Positions 16,739 through 25,586 are shown, counted from the first letter of the stretch. The stretch is 64,000 bases of DNA from Vicinamibacterales bacterium (GCA_965220695.1 OZ244838.1:2530377-2594376), one strand, 5' to 3'. The notes: generated by a model from the sequence alone, not told the origin. Translations and numbers: made by a program.

Positions 16739-17998
16739 ATGCGAACGACACGGCGTCGATGTGGCCGGGCGTGGCGGGTGATCGGCTACCGTGGGCACTC
16801 TCAGGGCAGGTCGTCCGTTGTCGGTTCGCACCGGCATTTTGTTTACCTGGGGCTGCTTGGCGCGGCACTGGTGACGGCCTGCGGCGGACCGACGCAGCCG
16901 TATGCGGTCGATGCGCAAGGGCGTCCGGCGGTCATTGATGACAGGATGACGATAACGTGGCCGGTGGGCGTGCCCTCGGGGCTGATTGCTAGCATCGAGA
17001 CCTGCGGCGGTCGCGCGTATCTGCACGTTGCTGGGCAGCAAGTGTTCCGCGTGGTTGACCTCGCCGCCGGGCGGGTTGTGGGGCAGATTGGCCGCGGCGG
17101 CGAAGGGCCCGGCGAGTTGCGGCAGCCGATAAGTCTCCTGGCGGATTGCGCACGCGGGAGGCTCTTCGTCGGCGAGGCTCCGGCCGGCATCACGGTCTAT
17201 CGCCTTCCGGACGGGGAGTACCTGCGAGAATTCTCCCTGCCGTGGCGTACGTTCGGGTTGTCTACCTTTACTCCGATGTTTCTGTCGCCGGACGGCGCAC
17301 GCCTGTTTGCGGGCGGGTTGTGGGCATCAAGAGATCGATGGCAGGGCTTTAGCCGGCGCCCGCAGGATGAAGTGCTGGCGGGGATGCAATCGGGTCTGGC
17401 CTTGTCCCTGGTGGACGGCGCGGCGGCGCCCTTGTTCTCGAGCCCGATCGAACCCGCCTGCATCGGATCGCAAAACGACTGTCGCACCGTGGCGATAGCG
17501 CGTGTGGAGGGGGCGCCGGACCCGTGGATCGTCGCGCAGGCCACCGCGACCTCGCTCGGCGTGTACGACGACGACGGTGCGCTGGTGCGCACCATCGACG
17601 TGCGGTCGCCGTTGTTCCTGCGCGACGGGTTCCGCGCGCGGCGCATGAGCCGCGATGGCGGGGGCTTTGCGGCCATGGTGGATTGGGGCCTGACCAACAG
17701 CACCGTCGGGAACGTCTACGCATTCGGGGACGTGATCGCCACCGTGCACCGACATCATGCAGTGGAGTACAACCAGCCGGGGCCCCTGCAGTACAACGTC
17801 CTCATGAACCTGCACTCGCACGATGGGGATGGGCTGGTCAGCGACATCCGCCTGCCGGGTCTTCCGCTGGGACGCGACGACACGCACCTGCTCTTCATCG
17901 ACTGGGGGCAGGCTGGACGCAGGATGGCCTTCGACGCGGTGGACCTCGTGCGGGTGCCGGTCGTGGCCGGCGAGGCCGGCTTCGTGCGGGGCGAATAG
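16739..17998 (+). CDS. NHL-repeat-like beta-propeller lipoprotein, paralog 2
   Basis: Track ORF 16331..17998. Conserved ATG 16739 (MRTTRRRCGRAW...), LGAALVTAC lipobox, GQIGRGGEGPGELRQP. High identity to paralog 1. Confidence 0.7.
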   Translation: MRTTRRRCGRAWRVIGYRGHSQGRSSVVGSHRHFVYLGLLGAALVTACGGPTQPYAVDAQGRPAVIDDRMTITWPVGVPSGLIASIETCGGRAYLHVAGQQVFRVVDLAAGRVVGQIGRGGEGPGELRQPISLLADCARGRLFVGEAPAGITVYRLPDGEYLREFSLPWRTFGLSTFTPMFLSPDGARLFAGGLWASRDRWQGFSRRPQDEVLAGMQSGLALSLVDGAAAPLFSSPIEPACIGSQNDCRTVAIARVEGAPDPWIVAQATATSLGVYDDDGALVRTIDVRSPLFLRDGFRARRMSRDGGGFAAMVDWGLTNSTVGNVYAFGDVIATVHRHHAVEYNQPGPLQYNVLMNLHSHDGDGLVSDIRLPGLPLGRDDTHLLFIDWGQAGRRMAFDAVDLVRVPVVAGEAGFVRGE

Positions 17999-17999
17999 C

Positions 18000-18542
18000 A
18001 TGGAGGACTCTGTGGACGCACCCGGATCCACGACCGACACGTCGACGGCGGCGAGTTCGACGGTCGCCGGCCGAACGGTCGGGCGGCCCCGTTCCAGGAT
18101 GCGTGTGGCGGCCAGACTGCTGTTGGGGGCGCTGATCCTCGTGTCCGCCGGCGTGCTCATCAGCGACTACCGGCGGCAAGTCACCTGGACGCGAGATCTT
18201 GCGGCGGCGTATGCGTTCGTCGCGGACCATCCCGAGGTGTCACGGTATCTCCCCTGCTTTTGCGGTTGCGGTCAACAGGCGGGACATTCGTCCGTGGACA
18301 GTTGCTTCGTGAGTCGACGGGACGAGGCAGGGAACGTCGTCTCCGAGAACGCACACGCCAGAACCTGACCGGTGTGCGTCGACATCGCGCGTGTCGCGAT
18401 GCGGATGCACCAACGCGGCGACACGGTTTCCGAGATTCAAGGCGCCATCGATGGAGCATACGGGGCGACGAATGTCCTCAGAACCGACACCCCGGCATGG
18501 CCAGACCAGCGACCGGCCGCGGAGGCCGAGACGCCGCAGTAG
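18000..18542 (+). CDS. PCYCGC-family candidate selenoprotein, copy 2 (in-frame TGA 18366-18368)
   Basis: ATG lies 1 nt after the NHL-2 stop. Same architecture as copy 1, with a 7-aa deletion in the N-terminal tail. The frame continues from the TGA to TAG 18540-18542. Confidence 0.6.
18374..18410 (+). promoter_or_regulatory. SECIS-like hairpin after TGA 18366
   Basis: Sequence identical to the hairpin at 15568-15604. Confidence 0.5.
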
Positions 18543-18664
18543 CGGCGGGTGGACCTGGCGCCGGAGGCTATGGTTCGACCCGCTCCAACCGCATGGTCCT
18601 CAGCGGCCCATAGCAGTCCGTGGTGAAACCCGCGTTGCACCGAGATCGGCGATGCGCGCGCTGA

Positions 18665-18825
18665 GCAAGACCTGTAGGGGCAACCCTTGTGGTTGCCCTG
18701 TTGTACGCAAGACCTGTAGGGGCAACCCTTGTGGTTGCCCTGTTGTACGCAAGACCTGTAGGCGCAACCCTTGTAGTTGCCCTGTTGTACGCAAGACCTG
18801 TAGGGGCAACCCTTGTGGTTGCCCT
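18665..18825 (+). repeat. Tandem array of 4 x 42-bp REP-like hairpin units
   Basis: Units start at 18665, 18707, 18749 (variant type) and 18791. Same consensus as the array at 15861. Confidence 0.9.
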
Positions 18826-18875
18826 CTTCGTCAGCAGGAACAACGACGCGCAGCAGGATGCAGCGTGAAACAGCA

Positions 18876-18975
18876 GAATTCAGCGGGGAATGGCTGAATT
18901 CAGCGGGTGAGCTCAGAATTCAGCGGGGAAAGGCTGAATTCAGCGGGAGAGCTCAGAATTCAGCGGGGATCGAAT
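18876..18975 (+). repeat. Tandem array of 5 x 20-bp GAATTCAGCGGG units
   Basis: GAATTC at 18876, 18896, 18916, 18936 and 18956, plus a degenerate terminal unit. Confidence 0.85.
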
Positions 18976-19158
18976 GCAGCGGGGCTTTTGCCACGGACTG
19001 CTACTAACCGCCAGATCCGGTCACCGGCTCCGAGCTCCCGCACTGCAGATGACTCCAACGAGGATCAGCGTTCCACTCCTCTACTCCATCTCATCCTCCT
19101 TCAGAGCCCTTGCCGGCCCCAACCGATTCGGACCGCCGCCGCCGCACCGTCGGGCGCC

Positions 19159-19340
19159 TCAGAAACTGTATCCGTCCGGCGAGTACGCGATGGCCCCCGG
19201 GAAGTAGATGTTCTCGATGATGGAGCGACCCATGTAGACGGGGGACGTCGCGGTCCTGTTTCGAGCCACGGTCGGCATGAACGCGTTCTCGTCCTCCGCC
19301 GCCGGAATGCCCAACTCGAGGCAGGTGCGGACTATGCCGG
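19159..19340 (-). pseudogene. Second dead 3'-terminal fragment of the alpha/beta hydrolase gene
   Basis: Track ORF 19159..19368 ends ...GIVRTCLELGIPAAEDENAFMPTVARNRTATSPVYMGRSIIENIYFPGAIAYSPDGYSF. Confidence 0.85.
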
Positions 19341-19461
19341 GGACAACGCGGGACGGCACAGGGTGCACCGATGGGTCCGCAAGGAGTCTGCGCCGTCAGT
19401 ATGTTGTAAGCTGTATTTTCTGCGCCGCAGATTGCGTCGCGCGAGAGGGGCGCGGAACGAA

Positions 19462-20736
19462 ATGCGAACGACACGGAGCCGATGTGGCCGGGCGTGGCGG
19501 GTGATCCGCTACCGTGGGCACTTTCGGCGCAGGTCGTCCGTTGTTGGTTCCCACCGGCATTTCGTTTGCCTGGGACTGCTTGGCGCGGCGCTGATAGCGG
19601 CCTGCGGCGAGCCGAGGCAGTATGCGGTCGATGCTCACGGGCGTCCGGCGGTCATTGACGATCGCGTGACGATAACGTGGCCGGTGGACGTGCCCTCGGG
19701 ACTGATCCTTCTTGCCGCGACCTGCGGTGATCGCATGTATCTGCGCGCGACAGGCCAGCAACGCGCGTCTCGCCAGCAAGTGATCCGCGTGGTTGACCTC
19801 GCCGCCGGACGGGTGGTGGGGCAGATCGGCCGAGGCGGCGAAGGGCCCGGCGAGTTGGAACAGCCGACAACTCTCCTGGCGGATTGCGCACGCGGGAGGC
19901 TCTTCGTCGGCGACCCTCCGGCCGGCATCAAGGTATATCGCCTTCCGGACGGGAAGTATCTGCGAGATTTCTCCCTGCCGTGGCGTACGTTCGGGTTGTC
20001 CACTTTGACTCCGATGTTTCTGTCGCCGGATGGCGCACACCTGTTTGCGGGCGGGTTGTGGGCATCAACAGATCAATGGATGGGCTTCAACGCGCGTCCG
20101 CAGGATGAAATGCTGGCGGCGATGCAATTGGGCTTGGCCTTGTCCCTGGCGGACGGCACGGCGGCGCCGTTGTTCTCTGGTCCGGTCGAAACTGCCTGCA
20201 TTGGATTGCCCGAGAACTGCCGCACGGTGACGATAGCGCGTGTGGACGGGGCGCCGGACCCGTGGATCGTCGCGCAGGCCACCGCGACCTCGCTCGGCGT
20301 GTACGACGACGACGGGGCGCTGGTGCGCACCATCGACGTGCGGTCGCCATCGTTCCTGCGGGACGGATCCCGGGCGCGGCGCATGAGACGCGATGGTGGG
20401 GGCTATGCGGCCATGGTGGATTGGGGCCTGACCAACAGCACCATCCGGAACGTCTACGCATTCGGGGACGTGATCGCGACCGTGCATCGGTATCACGCCA
20501 CGGAGTACAACCAGCAGGGGCCCCTGCAGTACAACGTCTTCATGAACCTGCACTCGTACGATGGGGATGGGCTGGTCAGCGACATCCGCCTGCCGGGTCA
20601 TCCGGTGGGCCGCGACGACACGCACCTGCTCTTCATCGACTGGGGGCAGGCCGGACGCAGGATGGCCTTCGACGCGGTGGACCTCGTGCGCGTGCCGGTC
20701 CTGGCCGGCGAGGCCGGCTTCGTGCGGGGCGAATAG
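19462..20736 (+). CDS. NHL-repeat-like beta-propeller lipoprotein, paralog 3
   Basis: Track ORF 18907..20736. Conserved ATG 19462 (MRTTRSRCGRAW...). Carries a short internal duplication (LRATGQQRASRQQVIRVVD) that is shared with paralog 4. Confidence 0.7.
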   Translation: MRTTRSRCGRAWRVIRYRGHFRRRSSVVGSHRHFVCLGLLGAALIAACGEPRQYAVDAHGRPAVIDDRVTITWPVDVPSGLILLAATCGDRMYLRATGQQRASRQQVIRVVDLAAGRVVGQIGRGGEGPGELEQPTTLLADCARGRLFVGDPPAGIKVYRLPDGKYLRDFSLPWRTFGLSTLTPMFLSPDGAHLFAGGLWASTDQWMGFNARPQDEMLAAMQLGLALSLADGTAAPLFSGPVETACIGLPENCRTVTIARVDGAPDPWIVAQATATSLGVYDDDGALVRTIDVRSPSFLRDGSRARRMRRDGGGYAAMVDWGLTNSTIRNVYAFGDVIATVHRYHATEYNQQGPLQYNVFMNLHSYDGDGLVSDIRLPGHPVGRDDTHLLFIDWGQAGRRMAFDAVDLVRVPVLAGEAGFVRGE

Positions 20737-20737
20737 C

Positions 20738-20865
20738 GGGGATTGCACGCGGAGAGTTCGGCTGCCGGGTCCCACCGCTCGCCGCCGTGCGATCTGACGA
20801 TGAGCCTCGGCACGCGGGCGAAGTCAAGCGACGCCTTCGTACGCTGGCCGGCCGCAATACACCGG
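20738..20865 (-). pseudogene. 128-bp internal fragment of the 12778..13311 gene, copy A
   Basis: Aligns to 13011-13138 (ggggatYgcacgcggaga...gtcccaccgctcgccgccgtgcgatctgac...acaccgg). Starts 2 nt after the NHL-3 stop. Confidence 0.8.
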
Positions 20866-20982
20866 ATCGGCACAGGGTGCACCGATCGGTCGGCAAGGAG
20901 TCGGCGCCGTCAGTATGTTGTAAGTTGATTTCTTGCGACGCAGATTCGCCGCTTGCGCCGCGCGAGAGGGGCGCGGAACGAA

Positions 20983-22260
20983 ATGCGAACGACACGGAGC
21001 CGATGTGGCCGGGCGTGGCGGGTGATCGGCTACCGTAGGCACTCTCAGCGCAGGTGTTCCGTGATCGGTTCCCACCGGCAGTTCGCCTGTCTGGGGCTGC
21101 TTGGCGCGGCGCTGGTGACGGCCTGCGCCGGACCGACGCAGCCGTATGCGGTCGATGCGCAAGGGCGCCCGGCGGTCATCGACGATCGGGTGACGATAAC
21201 GTGGCCGGCGGGCGTGCCCTCGGGACTGATCGTTCTTGCCGCGACCTGCGGTGATCGCGTGTATCTGCGCGCGACTGGCCAACAACGCGCGTCTCGCCAG
21301 CAAGTGATCCGCGTGGTTGACCTCGCCGCCGGACGGGTGGTGGGGCAGATCGGCCGCGGCGGCGAAGGGCCCGGCGAGTTGCAGCAGCCGACAACTCTCC
21401 TGGCGGATTGCGCACGCGGGAGGCTCTTCGTCGGCGACCCTCCGGCCGGCATCAAGGTCTATCGCCTTCCGGACGGGGAGTACCTGCGAGATTTCTCCCT
21501 GCCGTGGCGTACGTTCGATTTGTCCACCTTGACTCCGATGTTTCTGTCGCCGGATGGCGCACGCCTGTTTGCGGGCGGGATGTGGGCATCAACAGAACAA
21601 TGGCTGGGCTTCAACGCGCGCCCGCAGGATAAATTGCTGGCGGGGATGCAATTGGGCTTGGCCTTGTCCCTGGCGGACGGCGCGGCGGCACCGTTGTTCT
21701 CTGGTCCGGTCGAAACCGCCTGCATTGGATTGCCCGAGAACTGCCGCAACGTGACGATAGCGCGTGTGGACGGGGCGCCGGACCCGTGGATCGTCGCGCA
21801 GGCCACCGCGACCTCGCTCGGCGTGTACGACGACGACGGCGCGCTGGTGCGCACCATCGACGTGCGGTCGCCGTCGTTCCTGCGCGACGGGTCTCGCGCG
21901 CGGCGCATGAGCCGCGATGGCGGGGGCTATTCGGCCATGGTGGATTGGGGCCTGACCAACAGCACCATCCAGGACGTCTACGCATTCGGGGACGTGATCG
22001 CCACCGTGCATCATTATCACGCCACGGAGCGCAACCAGCAGGGGCCCCTGCAGTACAACGTCTTCATGAACCTGCACTCGCACGATGGGGATGGGCTGGT
22101 CAGCGACATCCGCCTGCCGGGTCATCCGGTGGGCCGCGACGACACGCACCTGCTCTTCGTCGACTGGGGGCAGGCCGGACGCAGGATGGCCTTCGACGCC
22201 GTGGACCTCGTGCGCGTGCCGGTCCTGGCCGGCGAGGCCGGCTTCGTGCGGGGCGAATAG
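20983..22260 (+). CDS. NHL-repeat-like beta-propeller lipoprotein, paralog 4
   Basis: Track ORF 20953..22260. Conserved ATG 20983. Same motifs as the other paralogs. Confidence 0.7.
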   Translation: MRTTRSRCGRAWRVIGYRRHSQRRCSVIGSHRQFACLGLLGAALVTACAGPTQPYAVDAQGRPAVIDDRVTITWPAGVPSGLIVLAATCGDRVYLRATGQQRASRQQVIRVVDLAAGRVVGQIGRGGEGPGELQQPTTLLADCARGRLFVGDPPAGIKVYRLPDGEYLRDFSLPWRTFDLSTLTPMFLSPDGARLFAGGMWASTEQWLGFNARPQDKLLAGMQLGLALSLADGAAAPLFSGPVETACIGLPENCRNVTIARVDGAPDPWIVAQATATSLGVYDDDGALVRTIDVRSPSFLRDGSRARRMSRDGGGYSAMVDWGLTNSTIQDVYAFGDVIATVHHYHATERNQQGPLQYNVFMNLHSHDGDGLVSDIRLPGHPVGRDDTHLLFVDWGQAGRRMAFDAVDLVRVPVLAGEAGFVRGE

Positions 22261-22261
22261 C

Positions 22262-22388
22262 GGGGATCGCACGCGGAAAGCTCTGCTGCCGGGTCCCACC
22301 GCTCGCCGCCGTGCGATCTGACGATGAGCCTCAAGGCGGGCGAAGTCAAGCGACTCCTTCGTACGCTGGCCGGCCGCAATACACCGGG
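22262..22388 (-). pseudogene. 128-bp internal fragment of the 12778..13311 gene, copy B
   Basis: Aligns to 13011-13138. Starts 2 nt after the NHL-4 stop. Confidence 0.8.
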
Positions 22389-22502
22389 CCGGCACAGGGT
22401 GCACCGCTGGGTCCGCAAGAAGTCTGCGCCCACAGATGTTGTAGGCTGTATTTTCTGCGGCGCAGACTCCCCGAGTGCGCCGCGCGAGAGGGGCGCGGAA
22501 CG

Positions 22503-23771
22503 ATGCGAACGACACGGCGCCGATGTGGCCGGGCGTGGCGGGTGACCGGGCACCGTGTGCGCTCTCAGGGCAGGTCGTCCGTTGTCGGTTCGTACCGGCA
22601 TTTTGTTTACCTGGGGCTGCTTGGCGCGGCGCTGATAACGGCCTGCGCCGAGCCGAGGCAGTATGCGGTCGATGCGCACGGGCGTCCGGCGGTCATCGAC
22701 GAACGGGTGACGATAACGTGGCCGGTGGGCGTGCCCTCGGGACTGATCAACGGTGTCGAGACCTGCGGCGATCGCGCGTATCTGCACGTGTCTCGGCAGC
22801 AAGCGATCGGCATCCGCGTGGTTGACCTCGTCGCCGGACGGGTGGTGGGGCAGATCGGCCGAGGCGGCGAAGGGCCCGGCGAGTTGCGGCAACCGATAAG
22901 TCTCCTGGCGGATTGCGCACGCGGGAGGCTCTTCGTCGGCGAGGCTCCGGCCGGCATCACGGTCTATCGCCTTTCGGACGGGGAGTACCTGCGAGAATAC
23001 CCCCTGCCGCGGCGTCCCTTCACCTTCGGGTTTTCCACCCTTACTCCGATGTTTCTGTCGCCGGACGGCGCACGCCTGTTTGCGGGCGGGTTGTGGGCAT
23101 CAAGAGAACGATGGCAGGACTTCAGTTGGCGCCCGCAGGATGAAGTGCTGGCGGGGATGCAATCGGGTCTGGCCTTGTCGCTGGCGGACGGCGCGGCGGC
23201 GCCCTTGTTCTCGAGCCCGATCGAACCCGCCTGCATCGGATCGCACAACGACTGCCGCATCGTGACGATAGCGCGTGTGGACAGGGCGCCGGACCCGTGG
23301 ATCGTCGCGCAGGCCACTGCGACCTCGCTCGGCGTGTACGACGACGACGGCGCGCTGGTGCGCACCATCGACGTGCGGTCGCCGTCGTTCCTGCGCGACG
23401 GGTCCCGCGCGCGGCGCATGAGCCGCGATGGCGGGGGCTTTGCGGCCATGGCGGATTGGGGCCTGACCAACAGCACCATCCGGAGGGTCTACGCATTCGG
23501 GGACGTGATCGCCACCGTGCACCGACATCATGCAGTGGAGTACAACCAGCCGGAATACCTCCAGTACAACGTCTTCATGAACCTGCACTCGCACGATGGG
23601 GATGGGCTGGTCAGCGACATCCGCCTGCCGGGTCTTCCGCTGGGACGCGACGACACGCACCTGCTGTTCATCGACTGGGGGCAGGCCGGACGCAGGAACG
23701 CCTTTGATGAAGTGGACCTCGTGCGCGTGCCGGTCCTGGCCGGCGAGGCCGGCTTCGTGCGGGGCGAATAG
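22503..23771 (+). CDS. NHL-repeat-like beta-propeller lipoprotein, paralog 5
   Basis: In frame within track ORF 21786..23771. Conserved ATG 22503 (MRTTRRRCGRAW...). The upstream part of the track ORF is an out-of-context read-through across paralog 4. Confidence 0.7.
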   Translation: MRTTRRRCGRAWRVTGHRVRSQGRSSVVGSYRHFVYLGLLGAALITACAEPRQYAVDAHGRPAVIDERVTITWPVGVPSGLINGVETCGDRAYLHVSRQQAIGIRVVDLVAGRVVGQIGRGGEGPGELRQPISLLADCARGRLFVGEAPAGITVYRLSDGEYLREYPLPRRPFTFGFSTLTPMFLSPDGARLFAGGLWASRERWQDFSWRPQDEVLAGMQSGLALSLADGAAAPLFSSPIEPACIGSHNDCRIVTIARVDRAPDPWIVAQATATSLGVYDDDGALVRTIDVRSPSFLRDGSRARRMSRDGGGFAAMADWGLTNSTIRRVYAFGDVIATVHRHHAVEYNQPEYLQYNVFMNLHSHDGDGLVSDIRLPGLPLGRDDTHLLFIDWGQAGRRNAFDEVDLVRVPVLAGEAGFVRGE

Positions 23772-23772
23772 C

Positions 23773-24336
23773 ATGGAGGACTCGTTGGACGCACCCGGAT
23801 CCACGACCGGCGCGGCGACGGCGGCAACTGCCGACGGCGAGGCGGCGAGGTCGACGGTCGCCGGCCGTTCGGTCGGGCGGCCCCGTTCCAGGTTGCGTGT
23901 GGCGGCCAGACTGCTGTTGGGGGCGCTGATCCTCGTGTCCGTCGGCGTGCTCATCAGCGACTACCGGCGGCAAGTCACCTGGACACGGGATCTGGCGGCG
24001 GCGTATGCGTTCGTCGCGGACCATCCCGAGGTGTCACGGTATCTCCCCTGCTTTTGCGGTTGCGGTCAACAGGCGGGACATTCGTCCGTGGACAGTTGCT
24101 TCGTGAGTCGACGGGATGAGGCAGGACACGTCGTCTCAGAGAACGCACACGCCAGAACCTGACCGGTGTGCGTCGACATCGCGCGTGTCGCGATGCGGAT
24201 GCACCAACGCGGCGACACGGTTTCCGAGATTCAAGGCGCCATCGATGGAGCATACGGGGCGACGAATGTCCTCAGAACCGACACCCCGGCATGGTCAGGC
24301 CAGCGACCAGCCGCGGAGGCCGAGACGCCGCAGTAG
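23773..24336 (+). CDS. PCYCGC-family candidate selenoprotein, copy 3 (in-frame TGA 24160-24162)
   Basis: ATG lies 1 nt after the NHL-5 stop. The frame continues from the TGA to TAG 24334-24336. A few substitutions relative to copy 1 occur on both sides of the TGA. Confidence 0.6.
24168..24204 (+). promoter_or_regulatory. SECIS-like hairpin after TGA 24160
   Basis: Sequence identical to the hairpin at 15568-15604. Confidence 0.5.
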
Positions 24337-24896
24337 CGACAATCTCCCCGCTGCCTGCAGCTTCCACCGGTAGTATCCAACAGGCGCTGCCTGCGAACCA
24401 GGGGTTTCTTGGACAATTGCGGGCGACAGGGTGCTCGCGGGAAGAGTGTCGAGATGAGGAAGCAAGATCAGCGGCCGCTGATGTCCCTGACACTGTCAAC
24501 CGCACGTCTGGCGGTAGCGTCATCCTGCTGGATCGGCCGAAGGTGGGCCGCACGGACTCATGGGCGCGGGCTCGGCGCGAACCCAGCCAACTGCGAGGAG
24601 CGACGGATGGAGGCACGGTGCCGGGGCTCCGACCTGACCTTCCCGGAAGTAATCGATGACTTCGTGCGAAGACAGGAGCGGCTGTAATCCGGCGGATCGC
24701 CTCGGCGGACTTCGTCCGGCTACCGCCGTGCGAGTCCAACCTGTGTGTTCCGCGAGGGTTCGAACGTCGGCCGAACATCGGTTTGTGGGCGGCACGCCGC
24801 CGTGCTGCCGTATAATGCAGCCATGAGATGGGGTGCAACGTTGGAGCCGGCGCATCCTGGGGCCGAGAAGAATCAGGGCCGTCGAGGCTTGAAGAA

Positions 24897-25580
24897 ATGA
24901 CTGAGCCCGAGCTGATTCCCTTTGATATACAGCGTTCTGACATCTCCATTCAAGGGACGTTCGAGTCAGAGTTGTGGTGTCTTTTTCACGATGTGCCGCG
25001 ACTCTATTCCGGGCTGCTGCACGGGTTGCAGGACACCGGGATCACGCCAAACAGTATCAAGGTTGACAACGGAGACGGGAGCCTCGGTGGCTACAATGTC
25101 CAGTTCTGGCTGATCGATTTTCGTGTCATGGTGAGGGTCCGCCTCGACCGGTTCGAGATCGACTCTCGGAACATCGCGCAGTCGGACATAGCTCCGGTGG
25201 AGCATGTTCTGGTGGGGCTGGTCGATGCACTTGCTGCGTCAACATCAGGCTTTCGGGTGGCGAACTACACCGTGGATCTTCACTTGCACGGTGATGCCAT
25301 AGGCGTGGACCGAAATGAGTATCTGAGCCGCTTCGTGAAGAACGCTCCTGATCTCGGACCGAGCCTCGGTTCAGGATGCGTGTTCTATTTTGGCGATCAG
25401 CCTGGCGCAGCGCTCAGGACTGTGTCGGTAGACTTGTCGGGTGTGGTGCCGGGTAAGGTCTATGTGCGGCTTTATGCTTCCTTGGATGGTGCTATCGCTC
25501 CCGGAGATCTGAGGACGGTGGTGGAGAAGGAAGCGAAGGACAGCTTGGCTGCGATGGGCCTGAAAGCACAGGGGAAGTAG
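24897..25580 (+). CDS. Hypothetical protein (227 aa), lower-GC insert
   Basis: Track ORF 24828..25580. ATG 24897 (MTEPELIPFDIQ...) is preceded by GAGG. Composition is noticeably more AT-rich than the flanks. No family recognised. Confidence 0.5.
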   Translation: MTEPELIPFDIQRSDISIQGTFESELWCLFHDVPRLYSGLLHGLQDTGITPNSIKVDNGDGSLGGYNVQFWLIDFRVMVRVRLDRFEIDSRNIAQSDIAPVEHVLVGLVDALAASTSGFRVANYTVDLHLHGDAIGVDRNEYLSRFVKNAPDLGPSLGSGCVFYFGDQPGAALRTVSVDLSGVVPGKVYVRLYASLDGAIAPGDLRTVVEKEAKDSLAAMGLKAQGK

Positions 25581-25586
25581 CAGTCA

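Larger units (their letters stand above)
18611..19003. repeat. Composite repeat block bounded by inverted repeats (MITE-like), copy 2
   Basis: Same terminal sequences as 15807-16285, but with 4 rather than 7 units of 42 bp and 5 rather than 3 units of 20 bp. Confidence 0.45.

Noticed and set aside
21786-23771. 661-aa ORF spanning two NHL paralogs, and the long N-terminal extensions of ORFs 16331..17998 and 18907..20736
   Set aside because: The extensions read through repeat arrays, gene fragments or the out-of-frame body of the preceding paralog. All five paralogs share a conserved ATG (MRTTR[SR]RCGR) that gives proteins of 416-425 aa.
24409-24687. 92-aa ORF in the spacer after the third PCYCGC gene
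   Set aside because: No RBS, no recognisable motifs and Arg-rich composition. It is not distinguishable from a chance ORF.
24811-24816. TATAAT box upstream of the 24897 gene as a sigma-70 promoter
   Set aside because: The best -35-like hexamer (TTGTGG, 24783) is 22 nt away, which is too far. A single hexamer match is not sufficient evidence.
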